Shown piece after piece: positions 15,386 to 29,424 of a stretch of DNA of 64,000 nt (positions within the stretch are counted from its first letter, which is position 1; every line of letters starts with the position of its first letter). A program made the position numbers and the translations under genes. This stretch comes from the human T2T-CHM13v2.0 reference genome, Homo sapiens, in NCBI RefSeq assembly GCF_009914755.1, contig NC_060927.1; one strand, given 5' to 3'. The notes under the pieces were generated by a model, which was not told the DNA's origin, made no database searches, and saw nothing but the letters and a program-made list of their open reading frames with translations.

Positions 15386-16168
15386 CTGGCGTTCCCATCA
15401 GTCGCTCTAGCCAAGCTTCCCCCGAGCACCTCCTGCTGACATCTTTGAAACATTTGGTATCATAGCCATGGCCTTTACTGACCTCAGAACTTTTATTGGC
15501 AAGTTTGGGCTGGCACTAATTTGAGGACTGTTACCTCTGCATCTTGCTCAGGTATGAGATTTTAGAATCCAAGTAGTAAACCCAATTCTGACACTCTCTA
15601 TGGGAAGTTCTTTGATTTTGCTTGTTTGATTTTCCTATAATGTGCGAAATTGGAGATACATTGCTCTATTCCAAACGTATTTGGCCATAAATTCTTAACA
15701 TCTTGAAAAAATAATTAGGAATACTTGTTAGACCTATGTTTTCTTTTGTCATATCTTCAATCAGGAAACCATCTCCTGCTGGGCGAATTTTCAGCTGGAG
15801 CAGAAGAATGGATTTTAGCAATGGAGTTTAATCAGTTCCCAAACCAACAAGTTGACAGCTTCTCCTTAACCCTTGGGGACAGGTAGCTGAGATGGGTTGA
15901 GAGGACAAAAATACTTATTGAGAAACCTATTGATTGTTTCAGACCGGGATACCCTGTGGTCATTTGTGCTCAGTGGGCGAGAAGAGCTTACTGGAACTCT
16001 TATTCAAATCCCCCACAACACAGGTTCACTCCCATTGGCATCCACTTCCTGTCAACACTCCATTTTTGCCGACCTCACTCTCATCCTCCTCATCGAGGGG
16101 GACGTGAAAATACATTCTGGCCCTGAATTCACAAAAAAAATTCGTGATTCAGTTTAACAAGATCAATT

Positions 16169-16212
16169 ACACACACACGCGCGCGCGCGCGCACGCACAC
16201 ACACACACACAC
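16169..16212. repeat. (CA)n(CG)7(CA)n alternating purine-pyrimidine microsatellite
   Basis: acacacacacgcgcgcgcgcgcgcacgcacacacacacacacac. Confidence 0.95.
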
Positions 16213-17329
16213 TCAAACCTGAAAAATATTTCAAGGTTTCAATAGACTAAAAAAGAGCCCACATTCTTCTTCCTTTTATAAGCACTCCTTACAGTAATCG
16301 GAGAGTTTGCCAAAAAGGCTTCCAGGGCCCATATTTCATCTACCCCAGTGGCTGTAACATACTAGAGAAAATCTGCATCCTTCCCTGCTGAGAATTATTT
16401 GCTTGGAGTGTGCTCTGCATAAAAACTATACGGTAGGAAAAATGCCACCCTGTCTAAGCTAGCCAGCATGCCACCAACCTGCTGCCCAAGCTTCTTGCCT
16501 GGCAAGCTGCTGATCAAGAGTCCATATTATTTAGCTTTTACGTTCTGAAACCTAATGTGCTGTGTCCTCCCTGAGTATATCATTCACTAGACTCACTCTT
16601 ATTTTCTTTATGAGGTCTATTTGGTTTCAGAATTGTCCAGATATATTCTTAAGATCAAAATGTCTGAACTGTCATGTACCCAGCTGTGAGCCCCCCAACA
16701 TCAATGCAGTGAGCTCTGGATTCATTTTTGAGGCAAGTTGAAAGAGCTGGGATATCTACTTCCCTACCAAAGCCTATCATGGCAGCTCACAAAGGAGACC
16801 TGGGCTCGAGCTCAGTAAGCTTAGGTTCTAGGTCTACGTATATACCAGTATGAGCTCCAGGTCATAAGCCTCCATCTGTAAAGTTGGAGAATTAACTCCC
16901 AGCATCATCTGACTCTAACATACTACTTATATATTTTTAGTCAGGTAAATTAAGGGAATATAATTCTATATGACTTGAAAATTTCAAACATCTCCTCCCC
17001 TCAACCTTACATTCTCTTCAAGCAATCCATTGTTGACTTTAAATCCATTAAAAACCATTGTTTTTGTTTTCACCCACCCCCAAAATGATATGTGCGCTTT
17101 TCCCTCACCTTTCCTGCCTGCATTTAGCTGGTTAATTTTCATAAATAAATTTCCTTCCTCAAAAATTTTATAGAGAAATGTACTTCCTCAATGAAATTCT
17201 TTTTTCTTGTATAATTTATTTTCTGTCCAGAATTTTTTCCCATAGGTAGCAGGTTGGGTAAAAGTTACTGTGTGAAATTAATTGTCACCTTTTGTAAAAC
17301 TAAGTTTCTGTGTAGTTCAGCTATGCAGT

Positions 17330-17540
17330 AATGCATACCAGAAAAAGCATGGGCTTTGAAGCCCGACAAGAGCCATTTGGAATTGAAGTTCTGCCACTGT
17401 GATCTTAGAGAAAATATGGAGTCCCTCACTTTCCTCATAGCATATTGGGAATAATAGCACCCACTCTGCAGGGCTATTTTAGAGTAGAGATAATATAGAC
17501 GACTCGTGGAGCATAGTGCCTGTCAAAAAGTAGATATTCT
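17330..17540 (+). mobile_element. MIR
   Basis: agcatgggctttgaagcccgac...ctcactttcctcatagcatattgggaataatagcacc...gcatagtgcctg. Confidence 0.7.
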
Positions 17541-18489
17541 TATTGATGAGAAAATTGTGTCTTTTGTTTAGGGAAGTAGCAGGGTTAAATTAAGTTTTCA
17601 GCAATATCTTAGGCAAGATACAAATACAAAAAAAAAAAAAAAAAAAAGGAACATACACTTGCACACATCCTCCTGCCTCCAGCCCTAAGAACTGTTGCTC
17701 TCAGAACCAGAAGGGGCCTCAAGAAATCTGGAAAGCTTGGCAAGACGCTTGGTACTGTGCTCCAATGCCACTAGTGGAAATGATACAACGCAAGTTCTTT
17801 GGGGGCAATAAGGGAAATTGGTACATATCTTCTATCCCAAATATTTACCCTGTGACGAGAAGTCAAATAATGCCAGATGTATATGAAGAAAGTTGCAGCC
17901 ATCCAGGATTGAGAACTCAGATCTTTCCAGTTGTTGGTGAGTAGCCCACTGAGGAAAAGGCCTCTTTTCCAATTTCTTTACAAATGCAAGCCAAGTACTA
18001 AATTTTGCTGTTGTCAAATGGCATGGGCACAAATAAATACGCACAGCATGGCTTCTCTGTGCCAACTGGTATGTAGATGTAATCATTTCCACAGCATGCC
18101 CTCCCTCAGCCCAAGGGTATCAAGCAAAATGTAGCAACTGAGAGACAGGAAGGCTATGGAGCAGTCCAAAGGGAAAGAAAGAGACATGCGGGAACAGAGT
18201 CATCCAGGAGTGCTCCTTTCAACCTCACATGGAGCCATTCTAGAGTTATCATCGAACCGATGAGACAGTAGGTAAGTCATTGGTAGAATGCCCTGAGCAG
18301 AAACCACTAAACTAGGAGTCCAATCCTTGGATCAGATATTTCCAATCCTCACAGTACCCTAAGACACCCAAGACATACAACATTCTCTCATGGAAACAGT
18401 GACTAGGAAAAGGAGGGGTCAGGGACCACCAGTCAGTGGGAGTCACTGTGGAGTTCAAGGCAGGTCCCCACATAATTCAAGTTTACCCC

Positions 18490-18655
18490 AGTCTTGGTTC
18501 CAATCTTTACTAACTAGGAGAACTTAGGCAAATCACTTAACTGTTCTGAAGCTTAGTTTACATAATTGTAAACTAGACAAAGTATTCTCATACCGTTTTG
18601 AACATTAAATATGATCATGGAAAAGCACAGATGCATTTCATAAACTGTGAAACAC
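18490..18655 (+). mobile_element. MIR fragment
   Basis: aacttaggcaaatcacttaactgttctgaagcttagtttacataattgtaaa. Confidence 0.6.
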
Positions 18656-20689
18656 CTTGTACCCACAAATAAACAGATTTCTCACTTTTCTTCATCAGGT
18701 GAGGACCCAAATGCACACACACTTACACACAGACACAGACACACACACGTGGCTAAAGAAATCAAGGTTTTGTTGTTTTCTTAGGGTGGCCTTCCTGGAC
18801 AACCAAGGAGAGCAAGTCAGTGGCGTCTTCTCTCCTAGATCCAGGGACCACAGAACAATCTTTCTGGATTATGACATTTGCAGCAAGCACTTAATATATT
18901 AGAAATAAAACCAATTTCTATATCAAACCTGGCATATCTCCCTTCCTTTCCCCTCTGTTTACGTTGGGATAATCAAAGTGTCACTCATTATTCAATTAAA
19001 TCAAATAAACATCAACCATGTAACAGCTATAAGCCAGGTCCCCTGCTAGAGGTTATGGTAGATAAAGATAGAAATAACATGGTCTTTGTCCTCTGTTTGT
19101 TCATGTTCATGTTCATGTTGACATGAAAGCAACTAATAACAAGGCAAAAGTGAAGTCAGTACCAAATGGACTACAAGAGCACAGAGGGGGGTATCATCTT
19201 TTTTCTGATGAGACAACAGAAAGTAAAAATTTAAGCAAGCCAAATATGCTTTTTGTGAACAGCTCTGGATGGGATTTCTGATCAGGGGATTACAATGTTT
19301 GCTAAAATTACACGTTTTGATGCTTGGTATCTGAATGCCAGTGTAAACTGCTACTAATACAGATTTGGGGGGTGATGCCTCAAGGTCAACTGAATTTCTT
19401 CATAATCCTGTAAATATAATGCCCTAAAAATTGCGATTGCTCTTTTGTTTTGTACATAGTCCCTGGTGTTTACTTTGTTTGTATTCTGTTTTTTATCCAG
19501 ATGTATTGGTTTTGTTTTGCAGAAAGAGCAAGGCTCTATGAATGAAGGAAACCAGACTTCCATTAGTTTCTTTCATACGTTTGCCTACAGTAGAATGCTG
19601 TCCTCCTTAGGTGTAAAGAACATAAACGAGTCACTGCAGTGCAGATTCAGCAGAAGGAGGAGAGGCTGTAAGAAAATCAGCCAGAGACCAAGGAAGTCCA
19701 ATAACTTCACCAACTTCACCTCTCTCTCGGCTATTATTCCCTGTTGGATTTTTTCATGGTGCATCAGAGCTGAGCCCTTCTTTGACAGCCCCTTACAGGA
19801 GCCTCAGAAGTAATCATGACTAGTTGCCAAAACTGCATGTTTCAAAAAGTAATTAGTTTATGGAGCCTCCAAAAACATGCTCGACTGTATAATCAATTTT
19901 AAGACTAGGTTATCACAGGATGTGACAGAAGGTTAATTAAATGTGAAAACACACCATATCTTGAACTAGATTGAGATGACATGACATTATGAGGCTCCGT
20001 GGTTTAAGTTCCTTTTTTCCATATTTTCTTTAGAGTTGGTAATAGCAAAAATTAGTGAAATTTGCTAATACTTTCCATAGAAATATACATAGGGCATACA
20101 ACCCAGTAGCAAATGCGGAACAATCTCTTAGATAAAAAAAAAAATCCCACATGAAACTGAATGAAAAACTAATAAAATCCCTATTAAAATAAGGCTGGTA
20201 TGTGCAGAAAGGCAGTTAGGCCTGTTTCTATTTATATCAACATAGGAAAAACATAATTTAGATGAATATCTAAATATTAATTTACAATTGTCATGCACAT
20301 ACCTATATTTTGTGAATGTATTTTGAAAATCCTTCCAATACCAGCGAATGCTACAGATAAACTAGACAAGAAGAAGATGAAGAGGAGGAGCAGAGAGAAG
20401 AGGAGGAAGGAGAAGGGGGAAAGTGATTCACTTATTTAGGTGTTCATTTATATTTTTTCTCATGTGAATAATACAAGTAGAGGTAATAAACTGACTTCAA
20501 TGCTACAAAGCTTTATTCTTCTCTTTAAACTTTAAAAAATCATTTTTCATCAGTATTATAAAATAATTATATAGCATCTTCCTTGTTAAAGGACTATATT
20601 AGGAAAAAATTAGCTTCGTAGCAAGGAGAAAGTTGCTTTTAAACATTTCCATTTACTATATATTATGTGTGTATACAATGATTGTAAAA

Positions 20690-21420
20690 TTAATTTATTT
20701 TTGTGATTAGGTAGCATAATCACATAGTTTAAAAACCGAAAGTGTAAGAGACCATACATTTTAAAAGTCTCTATCCCCTATTTGTGATCCATCAGTACCC
20801 TTCCATAGAGCAGCCATTTTGTCATGTTTTACTGCATTCTTCCAGAGATACTTTATGAAAACATTAATAAGAAGCAAATAGGGTACAGACTACTGTCATA
20901 GTCCTGTACCTTTGCTCTGTCTACTTAACAAGCTTGGGAAATAGTCCATATAGCACATTAAAAGCTTTGTTATGTTTCAAATATATAGGATTTCATTTTA
21001 TAGATGTGCCATCATTTAGTTAGTACTTAGGTTGTGTCTAATCTTTTGCTTTTATAGATGATTCTATGATGTATTACTTTACATAATCATCTTTCACATG
21101 TCCCAGGATATCTGAGGTAAATTTCTGGAAGTAGAATTGCTGGATCAAAATATGTATATCTGTAATTTTGACAGATGTTGCCAAATTGTCCTTGATAAAT
21201 ATTATACCAATTCTCATACTTGTATTATGAGTACCTGTTCCCCTTGCAACTGAGTCAATAGAGTGTGTTATAAAATTTTCTCATCTTTGAAAATTTGTGG
21301 ATTTAAAAATGGTATATTGATGTTTAATTTTTAGTTTGCTTTTTTCTTATTAAGACTGAGATTGAGCATATTTCCATATGTTTAATAGCCACTTGAATGT
21401 TTTCTGTTTTGAAATTATTT
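20690..21420 (-). mobile_element. Ancient L1 (L1MC/L1ME-like) fragment
   Basis: atttctggaagtagaattgctggatcaaaa...tgttgccaaattgtcc...gattgagcatatttccatatgttta. Confidence 0.75.
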
Positions 21421-22539
21421 TTCTATATTAAAAATTTAAAAATGAGAACCTAATAAGTTCAGGCTGTTACTGCCTTTTAAAAATTAAACAAGAAACATTA
21501 GTGTCAAACACTAATGCTTTTCAGAAAGCAATACAGATTCTAGGTTTTTTCTTAAAAACTGAGCAAATACATAAAGGAAAAATCTCTATTTTCAGAAAAT
21601 AAACTTTTTTTAAAAAGTCATATTTTTTCAAGTACTTTGTTACTAGGTGTCTAGATTATCCCAAAGGGTATTTAGGTAATAAAATATTGAAAAGAAAAAC
21701 ACAAAATACATTCAAAAGGAAAAGGGCATGAACAAATACAAATGGAAACAAATAATGGGCAAAACAGTTATTAGATGTCATGTTTCTAAACTTTAAAAAC
21801 CTAATACCATGAACTGCAATTTTTCCCAAGATCCCAAGGTTAGGATTAAAGGGTTAAAAGTAAATTGATAGCTAGCTTGTTGGGTAAAATTAGATAAATA
21901 GATGATATTAGAAAGATGAGACAGTCCCTGTTGACCCACATTCTGTAGCTTCTTATTTCCTCAGATTGCTCTTTGCTCTGACAGTGCTGCAATGCATAAA
22001 GTCTACAAAATTTTCTCACGGCTGCTATAATGACTGCCATTTTTAACACAAATTAAATGCTCACCAAGAATAAGTAAATGATTAAATGCTTCATAACCTG
22101 ACCCAGTAAGTGGTTGGAGGTTTCAATGCCAATCACCAATGTATCATCTCAATCTTTTGAAATAATTAGCATATGTTATTTATTTCATGGTCTCATCAGT
22201 GATTAATTTTCCAGGCAGTCAATTAATTATCTACTACCAAAATTAACAGTAAATATTTTTCAACGCTTTTTTTTCTGCTCTTCAGGATCAAATCATATTC
22301 CTTAAGTATACACCCTATATTTGGGCATAGTTAAAATTAAAAATTAAATACTCCATTCAAAGACTCTGTCACTATCCAAGAGAATCTATAAGGAAAATTT
22401 CAGCTGGGTAGACATTTGCATGTCTTTTTCTCTCAGAAATGGACTAACTGTAGGCATTTTGGATATAAATTAAATATCGACAGGAATTAGTCATCATTAG
22501 AGTAAGAAGGAATAAGTTAAACGCTACATATACATGCCA

Positions 22540-22843
22540 ATTTGTTTGTTTGTTGTTTGTTTATTTAGAGAATGGGCCTTGCTCTGTCACCCAGGCTGAA
22601 GTGCAGTGGTGCTATCATAGCTCCCTGCAGCCTCCAACTCCTGGGCTCAAACGGTCCTCCCACCTCAGCCTCCTCAGTAGCTAGGTGTGCTCCACCATGT
22701 CCAGTTAATTTTTAAACAAATTTTGGTAGAGGTGGTGTCTCACTGCATTGCCCAGGCTGATGTCGAACTCCTGGCCTCAAGCAATCCTCTCACCTCAGCC
22801 TCCCTAAGTGCTGGGGTTACAGGCATGAGCACTATGCCTGGCC
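22540..22843 (-). mobile_element. AluJ
   Basis: atcatagctccctgcagcctccaactcctgggctcaa (AluJ-type). The tail has decayed to (TTTG)n. Confidence 0.9.
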
Positions 22844-23594
22844 TATACTAATTATTTTTAAACAAAAAGTATCACATGCTCATGCTCACTGTTAAAGATT
22901 TTTAAAATACAGAAGAGTGTAAATATGAGACGTATTACTACTAACCAAATACAACTGCTATTTATTATCAGCTTAAAAATCTACATGCTAGGATATGCTT
23001 GGAAGAGCTATAATCATTTAATTAAAAAAGAAAATGAACGATTCCTATTGTATTCCTTTGCACAGATAACAAGTCCATAGAGAGGTTTAGCAATTCACCC
23101 AATATCACATAGCTAGTAGCATAGGAGTCAGATATCTATTTTGATATATAGTTTGTAATATAATAAATAAAATTTTATCTTATATTTTGTACTTAACATT
23201 GTCTCAGGGGCATTTCTCCAATTAACAAATATAGTTGGAAAATATAATTTTAATAAAACATATAAAATACTATATTTTATTATGTAGGTTATTTTTAGTT
23301 TTATTGCTATCATAATACACTATACCGAATACTATAATTAAACACTTATATGTAAATTTTATTCATTTTTCTGATTATTTTCCTAGGACAATTTCACAGG
23401 TGTGAAATTATCATGCCAAAGGATTAAATATATCAAATTATTGTTAAAAGTACAGCAATTTCTACTCCCATCAGTACAGTATAGAAGTATCTATTTTCCT
23501 CTGTCCTTGACAACAACAGAAGCATACAAATATCCTTTTGAGGCACAAGAAAAATACTAACAGTTTTCTAACTTGCTTATTAGTAGGGATATCA

Positions 23595-24375
23595 TTTATT
23601 TGAAATTTTTACAAGATAATTGCAGATTCACATGCAACTGTAAGAAATAATGTAGAGAGAACCCGTGTATACTTTACGTAGTTTCCCCCAATGGTAATAT
23701 TTTGCAAAACTATTACAGTCTTACTACCAAGATATTAACATTTATATAATTCACAGACCTCAGTTTGACTTGTACTCTGTGTGTGTGCATGTGTGTGTGT
23801 GTGTGTGTGTGTGTGTTTAGTTATATACAATTTTATCATATGTAGAGGTTCATGTGGAGGCCACCACAATCAAAATGAGTTTTGTCACAGGTATCTTTTA
23901 TGTTGCCCTTTTATAAACATACTCTCCTTTCCTTTTCCCACCCTACCAACTGATCTCTAACCTCTGGAAACCACTAATCTGTTTTCCACTTCTAAAATTT
24001 TGTCATTTAAAAAACATTACATGAACGTGATTATACAGTAAATAACCTTTGGTGACTGGCTTTTTTCACTCAGTATAATTCCCTGGAGATTCATCCATGT
24101 TGTTAGATATCAATAGTTTGTTTCTTTTTATTGTTGAGTAGTATTTCATGGTATGAATGTAACACAGTTTGTTAAACCATTCTCCTGTTTTAGGATATTT
24201 AGGCTGTTTCTACTTCAGAGCTATTTTAGATAAAGCTGCTATGAACAATCATATACAGGTTCTTGTGGGAATACACTTTTGTTTTTCTGGAATAAAACTC
24301 AAGAGCATAACATAAATAAAAACTGCCAAATTGTTTTTTCCAGAGAGGCTATACAATTTTTCATTCCAACCAAAG
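23595..24375 (-). mobile_element. L1MC-type 3' fragment containing a (TG)n tract
   Basis: gattcacatgcaactgtaagaaataatgtagagagaacccgtgtatac...gtttcccccaatggtaa. (TG)n lies at 23778-23816. Confidence 0.8.
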
Positions 24376-24377
24376 GA

Positions 24378-24380
<3 letters not shown>

Positions 24381-24424
<44 letters not shown>

Positions 24425-24690
24425 TATATGTATATATATATTAGTGTGTGTGTGTATATATATATATACTATTTTTCATTCCAACCAAAGTTTCATATAT
24501 ATACATAAATATACAAAGTAAATTCGGGGCAGCAAATAGATGGAGGACACTGTGAGCCTGTGATTTCATTATAGATTTAATGTATATATAGCAAATATAT
24601 ACATTAAAAAAGTATATATACATTTATGTATATATACACATAAATATATACATAAATACATATATACACATATATACATAAATATATACT
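24381..24690. repeat. (CA)20 plus compound (TA)n/(TG)n/(TACA)n low-complexity tract
   Basis: Perfect (CA)20 at 24381-24420, followed by TA-rich degenerate repeats. Confidence 0.9.
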
Positions 24691-24699
24691 TTTTACTAT

Positions 24700-24741
24700 A
24701 AAAGTTGACGCAAAAGTAATTGTGGTTTTTACCATTACTTT
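24700..24741. mobile_element. Half MADE1 (Hsmar1-derived MITE)
   Basis: aagttgacgcaaaagtaattgtggtttttaccattacttt matches one MADE1 arm (ttaggttggtgcaaaagtaattgcggtttttgccattacttt). Confidence 0.75.
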
Positions 24742-24759
24742 CTACATAGATATTAATAT

Positions 24760-24822
24760 ATATACACACACACACATACACAATCCTATCGGTTCCGTTT
24801 CTCTGGAGAACCCTGACTAATA
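24760..24822 (+). mobile_element. MLT2 (ERVL LTR) 3' end
   Basis: atcctatcggttccgtttctctggagaaccctgactaata, preceded by a CA/TA tract as in MLT2. Confidence 0.75.
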
Positions 24823-25699
24823 TAGGTATGGAGAATATTCTTATTATTTTTATTGGCCACTGAATGCAGAGCTAAGAACCAGAGGCTGAGACTGTTTTTG
24901 CCACCAATTTACTGTGTGATCTTGAGCAAACCATTTCCTCTCTCTGGAACATGGTTTCTGTAAACTACAAAGTTTCTAATAATGTTTAATTTTAACTTTA
25001 TATGAATATAAGATAAAACAGACTATCATGACTGACTATGAGGTTTAGAATCTAGGAAGAATCTGTAAATTATTTATCTTCTGAAAGACAAAGAATTAAT
25101 TTGCTTAATGAGTAGGAAATGCTATTTTTGGAGAACAAGGTAACATGTGGGCCCTAGAGCATATCATGTTCTCCAAAAGTAACCCACTGAACACAGCAAG
25201 TTGATTTACTTCATCTGAGACAAACTCCAGAAAGTTTTTCCCTTGTCCTGCATTACTGCAGAAATCACCTAATCACCACCATGACTGATCCTATATTTAT
25301 TTATGAAAACTTTTTCTCTAAAGAGTTTAAAATGTTGGGGAGATATTACTAGTTAGGCTTCAGAAAAGCCTCATAAAATAGAAAAAGGAAACCAGCGATC
25401 TCAAGAATGCAAACTTCTGCATCTGCAAAAATGGGCTCAGAAGTCAGATGAAAACAGATTCTAGATTGGACTTTTGATTGTTTGTGCTGCTGGGGCTGAG
25501 TAAGCAATAAAAACTAACTTCCCTGCATTATTTGGCTCCCAGACTTCAAGTGACTGCTGGAAAGAGTGTGCCAATAAACTTCTTTATTGGATCTTTGAGC
25601 ATCATCCCAATTCATGAATACAAAAAAGTACAAAGGCAAATGATGATAAGAGAAAATACTACAAACAGAATGTTGCAGAGACTTCACGGTCTCTAAGGT

Positions 25700-25850
25700 A
25701 GTCTCATCTCCATTCCTACCTCAGAACCACGTGGAGTGCCTGTTCAAAGCACAGATTTCTGGGATCTGTCCGCGACTATTTCAAGCACAATCTGCGAGGA
25801 TATAACACAAGAACACGTATTTTTAACACGCTCCCTAGGTAATCCTTATT
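25700..25850. mobile_element. MER5-like fragment
   Basis: tcagaaccacgtggagtgcctgttcaaagcacagatttctggg...gtatttttaacacgctccctaggtaatcctt. Confidence 0.55.
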
Positions 25851-25868
25851 AGCAACTTAGTGCCAGCC

Positions 25869-26292
25869 TGAGATAGTCTGGATGAGCTCCGGCCCAAATC
25901 GCATGTTGAACTGGAATCCCCGGTATCAGAAGTGGGGCCCAGTGGGAGGTGATTGGATCATGGGGTGGATTTCTTATGAATGGTTTCACACCATCCCCTT
26001 GGTGCTGTCCTCGTGATAGTGAGTGAGTGCTCAAGAAATCTGCTTATTTAAAAGTGTGGGGTACCTCCCTGCCCGCCTCTCTTGCTCCTGCTCTGGCCAT
26101 GTGATGCGCCTGGTCCCTCTTTGGCTTCTGCCATCATTGTAAGTTTCCTGGGGCCTCCCCAGAAGCCAAGCAGATGCCAACATCGTGCTTCCTGTACAGC
26201 CTGCAAAACCATGAGCCAATTAAATCTCTTTTCTTTATAAATTACCAAGTCTCAGGTATTTCTTTATAGCAATGCGAGAACAGCCTAACACA
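25869..26292 (+). mobile_element. MSTA-like MaLR solo LTR, full length
   Basis: TG...CA ends and internal gggaggtgattggatcatggg and cttcctgtacagcctgc. Exact 5-bp TSD cagcc at 25864-25868 and 26293-26297. Confidence 0.9.
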
Positions 26293-26451
26293 CAGCCCAT
26301 GGCCTGCTATTTGGGAATTATTAATATAGAGAAATGCTTTCATTTTATAGATACGGAAATCAGGGCTAAAAAAAAAAAATTACCCAGGGTCATGCCCCTG
26401 ATACCTAACAAAGGCTGAACTAGAACTCTTCCACGCTTCCTGTGCTCTTAA

Positions 26452-26791
<340 letters not shown>

Positions 26792-28680
26792 CACTTTTTT
26801 TTTTCTTAGAAAAACTATATTATGGCCTAGTCTGGTTCCAAACTTCTTCACTCTTCTTCCCCCCAACAGCTGAGGCTAAAGCTATGTTTCACATCTGCAG
26901 GCACTTCCAATTCTGGCTTTCCCCCCAAATTTTGCCTCATAACACAATTTACTAAACTGTCTCCGGTTCCATATTCTGGAGTTCAAACGTATCAAGTCCT
27001 TGCCAGCAGCTTATTCCTTATCTCTTTCTCCAGTTCCTGAGCCATTGCCACTTTTTTTGCCTTTGTTCTTATGAGAAGGATCTTTTTTTGCTAACCTGCT
27101 TCAGAGTTCAGTGTCCTCCATCTATTTGCTGGCCCGAATTTGCTTTTCACTTCCCCTTTCATAGAGAAGAGTCCTATTCCTAAACTTCAGGCTAGACACT
27201 AGGTCCTACGACTCTGATGCCAGTGTCTGGATATTTGAGACTAACTGTGTCCTCACACTCCTCTAGCATCCATCACGACATCTAGCCCAACTACTGGAAC
27301 GTAATGTCACTTCATCCAGTATAGCACTCCTGGCTTCCCACAGCAACTGTTTAACTATAACTGAAAATCTTGCTAACATCATTTGTTCACCACATTGAGC
27401 CCTCATTTGCAGCCACACCTGGATAATTTTCCTAACTCCTTGTACCACACCAGTGGGCAAGTTTAGCACCTGGATGTTTTGGTCTACATAATTCCTCCAC
27501 ATTCTTGCTGAAAGTAAGTGGCCTTGTCTATTTAAAGTGGAGCTCTAAAAAATGGCATGCCACTTCACACACTGTGATTTAACTTCCTCTCTCCATTACT
27601 AGACATGACACATTGAAGGCAGGTGGCATACCCCATTATAGTTATCATTGTATTTCTGCATATAAGGCAGTGGAATGGAAACTGGAAGGCTAAAGACAGA
27701 GCAAATGGGTTTTGCAATATGTGATATACTATAAACCTAGAAAAATTATTTGGCCATTTAAAGCATGGTCAGGAATAGTTTGTGGGTGCTGCCTGGGGTC
27801 TTCACATGCTAGTGGGGGAAGCTCATCAATGAGTAGAGCCCTAAACTCCTGGGAGTCCAGCTCCAGCAGCAATATCTACTCCTTTTACATATTAGTAAAT
27901 CACTGAACTGCTCCATTTCAGCTTCCATGTTACAAAAGAACCCAACTCATAGTTCTCTCAGGAGAGCAACGCAAACAAATTAGCCAACAGTTGCCAAATC
28001 ATCTAAAAATGAACTGAGCTAAATAGCTTTACACATGCATTTTCTCCTGGAATTCCATATTACACTTACGATGTGGTACATGGAGCTCCTTCCCCCCATC
28101 TAATCCAAGGCAAATGAGAAGTGTGACTTTCCTAAGAGAGGGTGAGTAGTAATTGAAAACCAGAGCATGGAATTCAACACCCACTGAAATTTTTATTTTA
28201 ACTTGATATACATATTTTACTTATTAAACCATAGCATAGCAATTTTGCTTATCTGTAGAGAAAAAGAAATGATTTTGACTAAAAAAAACCACTGCCAGAA
28301 AGTAAAAATGCATTAATCATCTCATTTTAACCACTGCACTCACTTTTTCCCCCAGTAAGTAAAGACTTACAAAATTTTGTTGACATCAAGCTTCAAATGC
28401 CAAGCAGGTAAAATGACAACTAAATATTGCTAATTCTACTGTGAGAGAGCAGGCATAATGTGCTTAATGCTTTGGTTGATGCACAGTTAATGCTCAGTAA
28501 TGGTTAGATATATTTCCCAACACTAGAAAATGGAGTTTTAAATTCGCAGATATTTGTAGAGCACTTTAAATGTGATAAATGTATTCTTAATTTGATTCTG
28601 GTTCATTAATTCTTATCGAAACTCTCAGAGGTAAAAATCATCATCCCCATTTTACAATGAAGTAAATAAAGGTTTGAAGG

Positions 28681-29424
<744 letters not shown>

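Noticed and set aside
24279-24781. HTHT/YIYI-rich ORFs (also 43552-43797)
   Set aside because: They are translations of CA/TA microsatellites.
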